Shown here: piece after piece, positions 35,873-47,437 of the stretch
How the letters are laid out: the number at the start of each line of letters is the position of its first letter
Numbering within the stretch: the stretch's first letter is position 1
Source: Macrostomum hystrix
Taxonomy: Eukaryota > Animalia > Platyhelminthes
Reading direction: 5' to 3'
Assembly (NCBI GenBank): GCA_950097015.1
Contig: CATNEN010000001.1
Span: forward strand, 13,950,001-14,014,000
Length of the DNA stretch: 64,000 nt
The notes under the pieces: generated by a model
What the model was told of the DNA's origin: nothing
What the model saw: only the letters and a program-made list of their open reading frames with translations
The model's database searches: none
Translations under genes and position numbers: made by a program

Positions 35873-36262
35873 ATGGGTATGCACAGAGACCACAACCGCA
35901 AGCGCCCGGCCCACATCAAGCACAATTATCGTCGCCAACGCGAGAAGATCAAACGTCGGCGCGCCGCGCAGCCGCAGATCGTCGGCGAGATCCCGGACGC
36001 CGACCTGCAGACGCCGGGTCAGTTGCGCAAATTGCGTACAAATCCCAACGCCAATATTGAGCTGTCAGGCAAGAGGAAGCGCAAGATTTTGAAACAGTTG
36101 AGACGACAGGTGAAGGAGCAGCAACAGGCTATGGAGGTGTCTGCGCCTCCTGCCACTGCTGACGCAGCTTCTGCTACTGCAAGTGTCAAGTCTAGTGCCA
36201 AGGCTACCAAGAAGACGAACAAGTCGTCTGCGTCCTCTGTTGCTATGGAAACGGACCAGTAG
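35873..36262 (+). CDS. C11orf98: C11orf98 homolog (small basic pre-60S-associated protein)
   Basis: IVGEIPDADLQTPGQLRKLRTNPNANIELSGKRKRKILKQLRR..AMEV resembles the C11orf98 signature (VGAVID..ANITLSGKKRRKLL..AMEV). It is preceded by a tttgcag acceptor ending at 35860. Confidence 0.82.
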   Translation: MGMHRDHNRKRPAHIKHNYRRQREKIKRRRAAQPQIVGEIPDADLQTPGQLRKLRTNPNANIELSGKRKRKILKQLRRQVKEQQQAMEVSAPPATADAASATASVKSSAKATKKTNKSSASSVAMETDQ

Positions 36263-36464
36263 ATATTGTTCGTTATTTCTGAAGCCTTGCAAGCTTTTTG
36301 TCAGCAAATATAAGTGCTGCTTTTGTATTTATATTGTTTAATATCGATTGGTTCATATTCGATTGACATTTCGACCCTGCGCGCTAAATCTGTGGTCTAG
36401 AAAAATTTCTGCGTTTTTAGTCTGTGCTCTTCCGTTTCTTAATTCTTTGCTACTGTCGATCTTA

Positions 36465-38411
36465 ATCTCTTAGATCCTCCGGCTGTGACATCAGCTTTAG
36501 ATCCTCAGGCTGTGACATCAGCTTTAGATCCTCCAGCTGTGACATCAGCTTTAGATCCTCAGGCTGTGACATCAGCTTTAGATCCTCAAGCTGTGACATC
36601 AGCTTTAGATCCTCAGGCTGTGACATCAGCTTTAGATCCTCCAGCTGTGACATCAGCTTTAGATCCTCCAGCTGTGACATCAGCTTTAGATCCTCCAGCT
36701 GTGACATCAGCTTTAGATCCTCCAGCTGTGACATCAGCTTTTAATCCCCAGGCTGTGACATCAGCTTTAGATCCTCCAGCTGTGACATCAGCTTTTAATC
36801 CCCAGGCTGTGACATCAGCTTTAGATCCTCTGGCTGTGACATCAGCTTTAGATCCTCCGGCTGTGACATCAGCTTTAGATCCTCCAGCTGTGACATCAGC
36901 TTTAGATCCTCCGGCTGTGACATCAGCTTTAGATCCTCCAGCTGTGACATCAGCTTTAGATCCTCAGGCTGTGACATCAGCTTTAGATCCTCCAGCTGTG
37001 ACATCAGCTTTAGATCCTCAGGCTGTGACATCAGCTTTAGATCCTCAAGCTGTGACATCAGCTTTAGATCCTCAGGCTGTGCCATCAGCTTTAGATCCTC
37101 CAGCTGTGACATCAGCTTTAGATCCTCCAGCTGTGACATCAGCTTTAGATCCTCCAGCTGTGACATCAGCTTTAGATCCTCCAGCTGTGACATCAGCTTT
37201 TAATCCCCAGGCTGTGACATCAGCTTTAGATCCTCCAGCTGTGACATCAGCTTTTAATCCCCAGGCTGTGACATCAGCTTTAGATCCTCTGGCTGTGACA
37301 TCAGCTTTAGATCCTCCGGCTGTGACATCAGCTTTAGATCCTCCAGCTGTGACATCAGCTTTAGATCCTCCGGCTGTGACATCAGCTTTAGATCCTCCAG
37401 CTGTGACATCAGCTTTTAATCCCCAGGCTGTGACATCAGCTTTAGATCCTCCGGCTGTGACATCAGCTTTAGATCCTCCGGCTATGACATCAGCCCCAGA
37501 TCCTCCAGCTGTGACATCAGCTTTAGATCCTCCGGCTGTGACATCAGCTTTAGATCCTCAGGCTGTGACATCAGCTTTAGATCCTCAGGCTGTGACATCA
37601 GCTTTAGATCCTCAGGCTGTGACATCAGCTTTAGATCCCCCGGCTGTGACATCAGCTTTAGATCCTCCGGCTGTGACATCAGCTTTAGATCCTCAGGCTG
37701 TGACATCAGCTTTAGATCCTCCAGCTGTGACATCAGCTTTAGATCCTCAGGCTGTGACATCAGCTTTAGATCCTCAGGCTGTGACATCAGCTTTAGATCC
37801 TCAGGCTGTGACATCAGCTTTAGATCCTCAGGCCGTGACATCAGCTTTAGATCCTCAGGCTGTGACATCAGCTTTAGATCCTCAGGCTGTGACATCAGCT
37901 TTAGATCCTCTATCTGTGACATCAGCTTTAGATCCTCCGGCTATGACATCAGCCCCAGATCCTCCAGCTGTGACATCAGCTTTAGATCCTCCGGATGTGA
38001 CATCAGCTGTAGATCCTCAAGCTGTGACATCAGCTTTAGATCCTCCAGCTGTGACATCAGCTTTAGATCCTCCAGCTGTGACATCAGCTTTTAATCCCCA
38101 GGCTGTGACATCAGCTTTAGATCCTCCAGCTGTGACATCAGCTTTTAATCCCCAGGCTGTGACATCAGCTTTAGATCCTCTGGCTGTGACATCAGCCCCA
38201 GATCCTCAAACTGTGACATCAGCTTTAGATCCTCAGGCTGTGACATCAGCTTTAGATCCTCCAGCTGTGACATCAGCTTTAGATCCTCGGGCTGTGACAT
38301 CAGCTTTAGATCCTCAGGCTGTGACATCAGCTTTAGATCCTCAGGCTGTGACATCAGCTTTAGATCCTCAGGCTGTGACATCAGCTTTAGATCCTCAGGC
38401 TGTGACATCAG
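36465..38411. repeat. 27-bp minisatellite (GCTGTGACATCAGCTTTAGATCCTCCA)n
   Basis: About 72 units between convergent genes. Confidence 0.97.
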
Positions 38412-38688
38412 GTGATTCACCATGAAATCATGGGGTTGTGACTCATGTTGACGTCATTTTGAGAAGTCAGTATATTAGTGATGAGTGTCAGGGGCATGTG
38501 CTGTGCAATAGTGATATAAGCTTACCAGAAGATACAGGTTTTATTGTTGTTGAATGGAGGAAACGATTGCAATATTTTACTCAGCACACTACGCAAACCC
38601 AAGCCGAAGAATTCAGTGAGGTGTTATCAGCAGGTTGGGTGGCTTCTAAAGTCTTTTTGAAGCTTTTTTACTTAACGCAAGAAATGTT

Positions 38689-41600
38689 TTAACAATGTTT
38701 CATAAGTGAGTTGTTGAGTTGCCTAAAACTTGGCCGTTCTAAGGTCATTGTACTACTGTCGGCTGAAGTAGTAGATAGAGTTCTTGTTATGTTGGCTTCC
38801 ACTCTGGTGCTCTGTTTCTCTGGCTCTCCATCGATCACAATCATTTCGTCGATGTGGCTGCCCCGACTTCCTGATCTGCCCGGAGCCGATTCGTGTGCGT
38901 GCACCTTCTTCTTGCACATCACAGCGGCCAGGTCGTAGGCTAGTTCCAATAGTTCGCAGAATGTCAGCAATGACATGCCTAGGTAAAGGCCCAGAATGCC
39001 CCCAATGTCGGAGATGAAATTGTTCAGGCCATAGTCGATGGAGTGCGTCAGTCTGCTGCAGCTCGGCGTGCGGATTCGGAAACTGACCTGCAGTTTGTGG
39101 GCAGTTATCGTGGATTTGAGACAGCGTCACATAAACTTGTTTGACAGGGTCATAAACCTGTTAGACGGGGTCATAAACCTGTTCGACGGGGTCATAAACC
39201 TGTAAGACGGAGTCATCAGCATGTTAGACATGATAATAGACAGTTAGACAGGATCATTACCTTTTTAGACAGGGTCAAAAACATGTTAGACGGGATTATT
39301 AACATGTTAAACAAGATCATTAACATGTTAGACAGGATCATAAACATCTTAAGGGATGATCGCCTCACATAAACGTGTTAGATAGGATTCTCGCCCGTAA
39401 GGACAGGATCATAGACATATTGGACAGGATCATAGATCTGTTACACAAGTTCATAAACCTGTTAGACAGGATCATGACGTGTCGAGCAAGATTGTAGCTG
39501 AGCGACCTAAACTGACCTTGATCAGGTTGGCATTGGCAATTGCCGCCGCAGTGGCTGCATCGGCAGTCAGGAGTCTGTCGATCGCTGGCACTGATGCATT
39601 TCCCGCCAGAGTTTTCACTTGATAAACGGTTGACGACACAAACGGCATAACCGAGCTGTAGGTCGGCCAGTCCGTGCTGGACAGTGTGATGTCATACTCA
39701 ATCGTTGAGCAGGGCGATTTCGGTTTGCACAACGCGTGAGTCCGCTCAACAATGCCGCTGATAGCGTTCAAATCGAGCGACGCATCCGCGGGCACGTCGT
39801 CAGTCAACGGCAGGAAGCTGCCATCCTCCCCTGTCAGGTTGAACAGGTAGCGTCGGCCTCGGAGAGGATATGGCATGGGACTCGCATCGCCGCTCAGGTT
39901 GGTGAGCTTCTGGTACTGGCTGCAGGAGTTTCAAATCGAATAAATTCATTTAACGAGGCTGACAGACATTTTCCGATCGGCCTTAATTCCATGGTTTTTT
40001 TTAAGTTGAGATGGAATTAGAAGATCCCTAATCCTTTTGTCCATGTCCATGTCTTCTTTAAGTCAGTCGGCTTCAAGCTTCAAGATGCTGAGGGTGAAGA
40101 GCTTTGCTGTTCCGCGGACCCTTTTATTCTCGATTCGGTCTTTGTAGACGGATGTCCCCCCGAGGGGAAACGACGGAGGGAAAATTGAGCTATGGCAAAT
40201 GTAAAGTGAACACAAGTTCATACCTGTGATACTCTTTGAAATAGCAGTACGAGTAGCTATAGGTGTGATTGTACGGCTCCTGTGTGTACGGATTCAAGAA
40301 CTGCACGTCCTCGATCGGATCGCTGAGACATTCGAAGCTAGACGGATTGTACACGTGCTGCGACATACTCATGTCGACTGTGTGAAAGCGACCTGGACCC
40401 AGAGAAAATGACGTCACAAATGATGTTGGATACTCGCCAGGTGGGCACAGGTAGATTCGAACACCGGCCTTGCGATCCGGATCGTCGAAGTCAAGTCGCG
40501 ACAGCGACCAGTCGGAAACGGGAATCGGGGAGCCGCCGGCGAACACCTTGGAGAGGCTTACAGGACCGGCTGGCGATGTCGACGAGAAGTTCGCGTCGGT
40601 CATCAATGTGAAGGTCAGGCCGCTTGACGTGCCGCCCTTGGCCAGGGTGGCTCTGACAGTGTCGTTCAGCACCCAGCGAAAGCAGCGCAGAAAGACCGGA
40701 TGGTAGAACTCCTTAGCTGGGACAGCATCGTAGGATGGCAGGCCATTGCTACTAGTGTAGGTGAAGTCGCTAGTGAGAATGACCTGCTCCAGTCTGTGCG
40801 CCAGGCCGTCGACGAGGGTCTTGTACTGCAGCGAGTGCAACAGGGCAAAGCTGTACTCCATGTTGAGGTCTTCAAGTTTTTTAGGCGATGAGCCAGCCGA
40901 TGACAGAATTTCTTTCAGACTAATTGACGCCTTGTCGAGATCTTTAAAGGGAAGTTTAAATTGAAACATTTATTTAAATATTACATATTAGATTTCTTTG
41001 AAATCACTCAATATTCGACACTCGCACCAAGGCCCCTGAGCTCGATTCCGCGGTGAGGCCGCATTCATTTGGGGCTTAGCCTCGGAGAGAAGGCTTGGAG
41101 GTTTGTCGTGCCATCGACGCTCTTGATGGCCAACCTCCAAGGCACAGTGAGAGTGTACACTGCCTGACGATGACGATCTGACGATTAAGGCAGATGTGCA
41201 CCCCTGAATGAGTGTGTGCCTGCGTACGGTATCTGTGTGCGTGTGTGCTCAGGAGTCAGCGAAATGGGCAGAATTGCCTCCTCGCTGGCTGCAGGTCTAG
41301 TGTCACCAAAATGATGTGCTAATGCCCACAGCCCTCGTGCAACTATTATTATATTATTGTTTTTTTTATTATCAGTGGCACATTCTTTGGAGACACTAGA
41401 CCCGCAGCCAGCGAGGAGGCAATTCTGCCCATTTCTCTGACGCCTGAGCACACACGCACACAGATACCGTCACACACAGGTGTCTGCATCTCCCCTGACT
41501 TTCTCATCGTCAGGCAGTGTACACTCAAACTTTACCTTAAAGTTGGCCTCAAGGGCGTAAATTGCACGACATACCCCAAGCCTTCTCTTCGCAGCTGCGC

Positions 41601-42012
41601 CCCAAATAAATGTGGCCTCACCGCAGAATCGAGCTCAGGGACACTGGTATGAGAGGCAGACGCGTTAACCGCTCTGCCACCGACTCCCTTTATCAGTGGA
41701 CATGGAAGTACCTTCAGCCAGTTGCGCAATAGTCTCGTTGCTCATCGTGGCCGCGTAGCTGGTCGACACCGGATTCTCCAGGCAGGCGTAGACGTCTGGA
41801 AATTTGAAGGCCAGCGCGTTAGCCTCGAGCGTGGTGGTCACTTGGTTGCTCTGCAGTTTGCGCACAAAGTCCACTGCGCCCCTTAGGCACAGGCCCACGA
41901 ATGCCAAGAAAAATAGCAGCCAGACTATTTTGACAAACCACGGCTTGTTTGTCACCAAGCGCGGCAGGCCGTGCGATGTCGTCTGTTGAAGCGCCTCCTT
42001 GACTTGAAGCAT
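38689..42012 (-). CDS. DEG/ENaC (ASIC-family) sodium channel subunit
   Basis: Exons 42012-41712, 40941-40224, 39919-39517 and 39087-38689 have consistent phases (1/2/0). Motifs: TTSHG, TM1, FPDVYAC, and TM2 FISDIGGILGLYLGMSLLTFCELLEL. Confidence 0.92.
39130..39475. repeat. Degenerate ~21-bp intronic repeat (CATAAACCTGTTAGACAGGGT)
   Basis: Diverged tandem units in DEG/ENaC intron 3. Confidence 0.8.
41016..41330 (+). mobile_element. tRNA-derived SINE, family A (5'-eroded)
   Basis: Matches the reverse complement of 12337-12670. Confidence 0.85.
41373..41690 (-). mobile_element. tRNA-derived SINE, family A
   Basis: Head GGGAGTCGGTGGCAGAGCGGTTAACGCG. The body matches the other copies. Confidence 0.85.
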
Positions 42013-42988
42013 CGTTGACTATGAAAGCAGTCAACAAAAATGTGTTTCTGATACCCCGGCTGAGTCCTTAGCAACACTCTGAGACAGCAGTCGCGCTACT
42101 TACAGGTGTCAAGTGGATTCTGTTGTTCCTGCTCCCCACATTCTTGCCTGGATATTTATAAAACGAATGGCTGTTTCATATCCGTTAATTCTTTTGTTAC
42201 GCCAAAAAGGACTGGCTAAGCCGCCAGATCTTACTGGCTTTGAGCACCTGCTTGCGGCTGCTGGCTGAGCACTGAGACTGGTGGCATTATAAAATCAGTT
42301 GCTAGACAACCGCAATCAATGGTTGAGGTCAGTGCTTTCTACTTACACAATTCCTGGTTCTGACTTGCTTCCTGAGCTGCGACGTCTCGCTATTACTCAC
42401 GCAACCAAGGCATTTCTTTTTTTCAAGACGATATTCTCGGAAATGTTTGTTCAGGTGCGCCAATAATCTACCTGCCCAGCTTGTTGTCTGAATATTATCT
42501 GTAATCTGCGCTGAGACTGCCATTGTACGAATGTCAAGCTTTCATATCTGAGGCTAAACAGGCAATACAAGATGCACGCAAAATAAGCGGTCGTAGTGCA
42601 CCTTGTAACGGACGTCAGGTATACTTTGAACTAGTTAGTAAGTACCGCATGCTCCTGTATTTGCGGCTCAAATTAAATTCTTTGCGAACTCAAATCCCAG
42701 ACTGATAATTACCGTTTATTGCCTAATTTATGCACAGTTCTTTAATGTGCGTGTATTTATCTGCAATCTTTTTTTATTAACTTCGACACATTTATTTAAC
42801 CTTCATGAAAGCGTCCGAAAAGAAATAGAAATACGGACGAGGTAAGCAAAGCGTGTCTATGTCAACCTTTTTTATATTACCTGTGCATTGAAAGAGCATG
42901 GAAAATGGACTGTGAAAAGTTCATCGTGTACTCACTCTTGGAGCCAAGAGAACACAGAGAGAAATTCATTCAAATGCACTGCTCAAAA

Positions 42989-44210
42989 ATGCAGCAAGTC
43001 AAGGCGGCGATTGAGCAGACCACCTCACATGGCCTGCCTAGAGCTGTGACCAAGAAGCCGCTGTACGAGACATTAGACTGACGTGGCTGCTTCTCTATCT
43101 GGTTTCTCTGGGCCTGTTCTTCAAAGCATTTGCTGATTTTGTGATCAAGCTGCACAGCCGACAAGTGACCAGCTCGATGGACACAAACGCTGTTGCATTC
43201 AACGTGTGCTTTGAGAATGCCGTGTCCACCAGCTACGCTGCTGAGGTCTCGAACGAAACTGCTTCAGAAATCAATCGCCAGATGGCAGCGACTTCGGCGG
43301 TGTTCTCGCGCCTGCTGTCAGCGGCAAACATCTCAGCGAACTCCAGTGAGGACGAGCGCTGGTACAGCTTCGCCTATGTACAGTACCTTCAGTGCAGGCT
43401 TCTAGTCGACGCTTTTGCGCACCGACTCGAGCAGTCGTTGATCACATCGGATGTGGCCTACATTTCGAAGTTCGGTCTGCCAACCTCGGACCCACTGCCA
43501 GCGAATAAGTTCTAGCGAAGAGCGACTCAGCCAGCGGCCTGAAGGTCACCCTCTTGACCGACGCCAATTTCTCCTCAACATCACCAGCGAGTCCCCCGAT
43601 TCTGTCCAAGGTGTTCCCGATTCCCATGTCCGATTGGCCCCTGTCCAGAACAGATTATGACGATCCGGATCGCAAGGCTGGAGTTCGTGTCTACCTGTGC
43701 CCACCTGGCCAGTATCCGACTGCGTTTGTGACGTCATTTTCCCTGGGTCCCGGTCGGCATCACACGGTGGAAATAGGCATGACGGACAGGTGTCTAATCC
43801 GACAAGTTTCGACTGTGTTAGCGACCCTCTCAAGCAGGTACAGTTCGTGAATCCGTATTCACAGGAGCCGTACAATCACATATTCGTATTTGTATTGCTA
43901 CTACTTGGAGTACCACAGGCAGTAACAGTTGATCATGAATCTGAGCGGCGACTCGAGCCCCCTGCCGTTGCCAATGCAAAATCAGCGCTTCTTGCAACAG
44001 GTGCGCGACTTGGCTTCCGGCCTGGTGACGGATAGTGATATGTTGGTAGACTACGTCTTCGGCAATTTCGTGTCCGACATTGGCGGCATAATGGGCCTGT
44101 ACCTAGGCATGTCTCTGCTCACACTCTGCGAAGCGCTCGAGCTCATCTACGACCTAATCGTTCTGGTCCTGCATCGGAGAAGGATGTTGCAGCGCGATCC
44201 ACAAATTTAA
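42989..44210 (+). pseudogene. Pseudogenised DEG/ENaC paralog, inverted relative to the intact gene
   Basis: MQQVKAAIEQTTSHGLPR..* followed by fragments LAHRLEQ-like AFAHRLEQS, TDANFSSTSP..DDPDRKAGVRVYLCPPG, NPYSQEPYNH, NLSGDSSP and FVSDIGGIMGLYLGMSLLTLCE. These are broken by stops, frameshifts and deletions. Confidence 0.88.
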
Positions 44211-44382
44211 ATTAACAGTCTAGGTTTTGCATTGTAAATCTTTTTTGTTTTAATATGGTGCTTCTGCTCCGTACAATTAAGTTTTCGTACTGTTTGTTCA
44301 TAGCTCGTACATTTCTTTATTTTTACAAAAATGCAACTCACTTGACTTAATAAGTAGTTGATGTGCATGTGTATAAGAATAT

Positions 44383-44670
44383 TGGGATGTTGTAGCCTAG
44401 TGGTTAGAGCGTCAGACCCACGGCTTGAAGGTCCGGGGTTCGATTCCCAAATCCACTCGAACGATTTGTGTCAATTTAGCAAGACACTTAACTCTACATT
44501 GATTCAGTTCACCCAGCTGTTAAATGGGTTCCAGCATCAGCTGGGGGTAATTGAGGGTGGATGTGGCGTCCACCCAGTCCATGGACTGAACAGCCGTACA
44601 CTGCCTTCAGAATGCACCACGCAATAGCTGCGGCTGTGCTGTCGGCTGCACATCTGCCCCAATGGGGGGC
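44383..44670 (+). mobile_element. tRNA-derived SINE, family B
   Basis: GGGATGTTGTAGCCTAGTGGTTAGAGCG (A box)..GGTTCGATTCCC (B box), then a CORE-like GCAAGACACTTAAC..CAGTTCACCCAGCTGTTAAATGGG. Confidence 0.85.
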
Positions 44671-45582
44671 AGGTCTAATCATCCATTAGTACTATTAGTA
44701 ATTATATAAGAAGAATATACCTAAATTGCATGAATTGTGTTAATTATACTTTGCTAACGTGCTTTTTTACAGAAGTCAAATTTCGTTCGGAGAAGAAAGC
44801 AGAGATCATTTGCTGCGAAATGTGAGTTGCGGATCTGGTATGTAAATTGAGTATTACCATAATCAATAGCTGCTTAAATGAGTCCCTTTAACCAAAGGGC
44901 TTATAGATTTTCATGCATACAATTCTACTGGGCAGTTTTAGCTTCAGCAGAACAAGACATGATTGAAAGGAGCAAGTGGTCGCTACCAAGTGCTGTTTAA
45001 AAAATTCATTTTCAGTCTCACTAAACACGTTTTAGGAAACAGTCGACACAAACAAATTGTGCGCTGTATAGCATTTCGTGTTTGTGTTTGTGCCAATTAT
45101 GCTCATTCCGATTCTTTCAACTTCTCCTGAATTCTTTTCGCTTGTTTCCTAGAATCTTCGATATCATTGCGCGGCTTAAGAACCCTTCCTTAGATCATTT
45201 ATGACCTAAAATTCTTGTTTCCAGCAGTAAACTTACTAGACAAAATTTTATAAGCCACTTGGACTGAAGTGTCTGTCAGCGCGCAAACCTTTTATCTGTG
45301 CTGCAGTTGCACATGAAGTCAACTAATTGGATCCAAATGCGAGCCCGTACCCTCCATTCTAGGAAAAGATACAGCCTAGAAACAATGCTTAATTATGAAG
45401 TCAGTAAATTTTGCAGACAATACCACGTAACAACCAAAGCACAGAATATCACATACATTACATAATAATATTACATATTCTGTGAACGCACGCAAACTAT
45501 ACTTCACTTGTACTTTAGGCACCATTTATGTACATTGTTCCTGCCTTGGACCACATTCTTCCAATCCAAAACGTTCTAAAAT

Positions 45583-45972
45583 CACATTCTACAGTCACCT
45601 TTGTGAAACTTACATTCTACTGTCACTTTTGTGAAACCTAAATTTTGCTGTCACCTTTGTGAAACCTACATTCTACTGTCACTTTTGTGAAACCTAAATT
45701 TTGCTGTCACCTTTCTGAAACCTACATTCTACAGTCACCTTTCTGAAACCTACATTCTACAGTCACCTTTCTGAAACCTACATTCTACTGTCACCTTTGT
45801 CAAACCTGCATTCTACTGTCACCTTTCTGAAACCTGCATTCTACTGTCACCTTTCTGAAACCTACATTCTACAGTCACCTTTCTGAAACCTACATTCTAC
45901 TGTCACCTTTGTCAAACCTACATTCTACTGTCACCTTTCTGAAACCTACATTCTACTGTCACCTTTCTGAAG
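45583..45972. repeat. 28-bp minisatellite (ACATTCTACTGTCACCTTTCTGAAACCT)n
   Basis: About 14 units. Confidence 0.93.
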
Positions 45973-46499
45973 TCCACATTAAGCCTATTTTATAGGCACA
46001 CTTGTACTTATGTATTTGTGGGCGTAAAGTCAGGTCCATTCTGTCTCCCAAGTATTTTAGTAGGAATCGCTGACCTGCTAAATTGATTAGCAGCCAGAAC
46101 AGTCGCTTTGCACACGAATGAATTCTTGCACATACTAGCTAGTTTCACTCCAAGAATTCCACCCTATCCAATTTGCAGATGGTGAAACTCAGTTTTCACG
46201 CCTCATCGAACATTGGGAAAAGTTTGTCCCTATGCTCTGGGTCGGGGCCGTGCGGCGAGAACTTCTCGATAGGACTGAACGCAGGGTTTGTCGGAGCATC
46301 TCTATTCGGGTATAATTCGATCACCAGTCCGCTACGAGTTTCTACTTCTTATTATTTTTTCTTATCTACGCCTCGTCCTTAGGGACAGTGAACCAGAAAG
46401 CTGACTGGCGGGTTTTCGCTTGACGAAATTCCTGTGTAGCTCCGGCTTCTCTGTCTGTGTCAATATTTCCCTTTTGAACACTGTTTGATTTTTTTGACC

Positions 46500-46600
46500 G
46501 TGGGGACGCCACACCCATCCTCAATTACCCCCAGCTAATTTTGGTGCCCATCTAACAGCTGGGCGAGCTGAATCAATGCCGAGGTCAGTCTCTTGCTAAA
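46500..46600 (-). mobile_element. SINE family B internal fragment
   Basis: GACGCCACACCCATCCTCAATTACCCCCAGCT..TAACAGCTGGG is the reverse complement of the 44480-44570 body. Confidence 0.7.
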
Positions 46601-47437
46601 GGAACCCCTAAAATACTTAAATTTGCACTTTAGGACGAAGACTTAATTTCTGGACTAAATGACGAACAATGCACTTGATGCAAGGACGCAGACCCACAGA
46701 CAGCGGAATAAAGGTAATCAAACTCTAGGCAAAAACCAGCGCCTGCTTCTGCACCTGATTATTAATGAGACGCACGGCCCACTCATGCAGCTAATGCCAG
46801 TCCTTAATGACTTCCACAAGAAACTGGTTTTCATCCTGCAGAGAGTAATTTTTCCTAATTGTTACAATCAACTTTAGCTTGTAGCGGTGTACTCTGCTGG
46901 TGGGCTTTTAAAGTACATCGCTTTCGTCAATCTACGAAGGATTTTTTATCAATCAGAGAGTAAATATTATCCTGTTCAATTACGCAAAATACCTACAACT
47001 GTGCACGAAGCTTTGTTTTACCACACCTGCAAGTATTTCAATTAACTTGCTCAGCACACGATAGTTGACGCACGTACACGCACAGACCATCGACTGTACC
47101 CGCTAGCATTGTACTCATCCAACGCAGACAGCGTCCAACAACCAATAGGAAGTGTTTGCGGACGAACACGGAAAGTCATTGGCTGTGCCGCACTTGTCCA
47201 GTGGGTTATTAATAAAGCGAAACTAAATCTTTCGGTGCCTCCTCTGAAGAAGGCTTAGAAAAGGTCTTCGAAAACAGAATTAATGTAAAAAAACGAGTAA
47301 CTAGATCTTGGCTTCAAACTAGACGCGCTGATGCTGCAGCCACGAGGTTCTGGCAGTCGAAGTGCATGGTCGTTGTAGCCATAGACAGTCACGATGTAAG
47401 CCAGCAGCAGGTAGGGCATTCCTAGAACTAGCAGCCC

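Noticed and set aside
36485-38425. 646-aa TSALDPQAV repeat ORF
   Set aside because: A 27-bp unit without stops is automatically open. There is no ATG start (it begins at GTG) or signal peptide, and no unique flanking coding sequence.
44383-44460. tRNA-like sequences (also at 12670, 23577, 41690, 60430)
   Set aside because: A and B boxes are present but no complete cloverleaf acceptor stem. They continue into shared SINE bodies.
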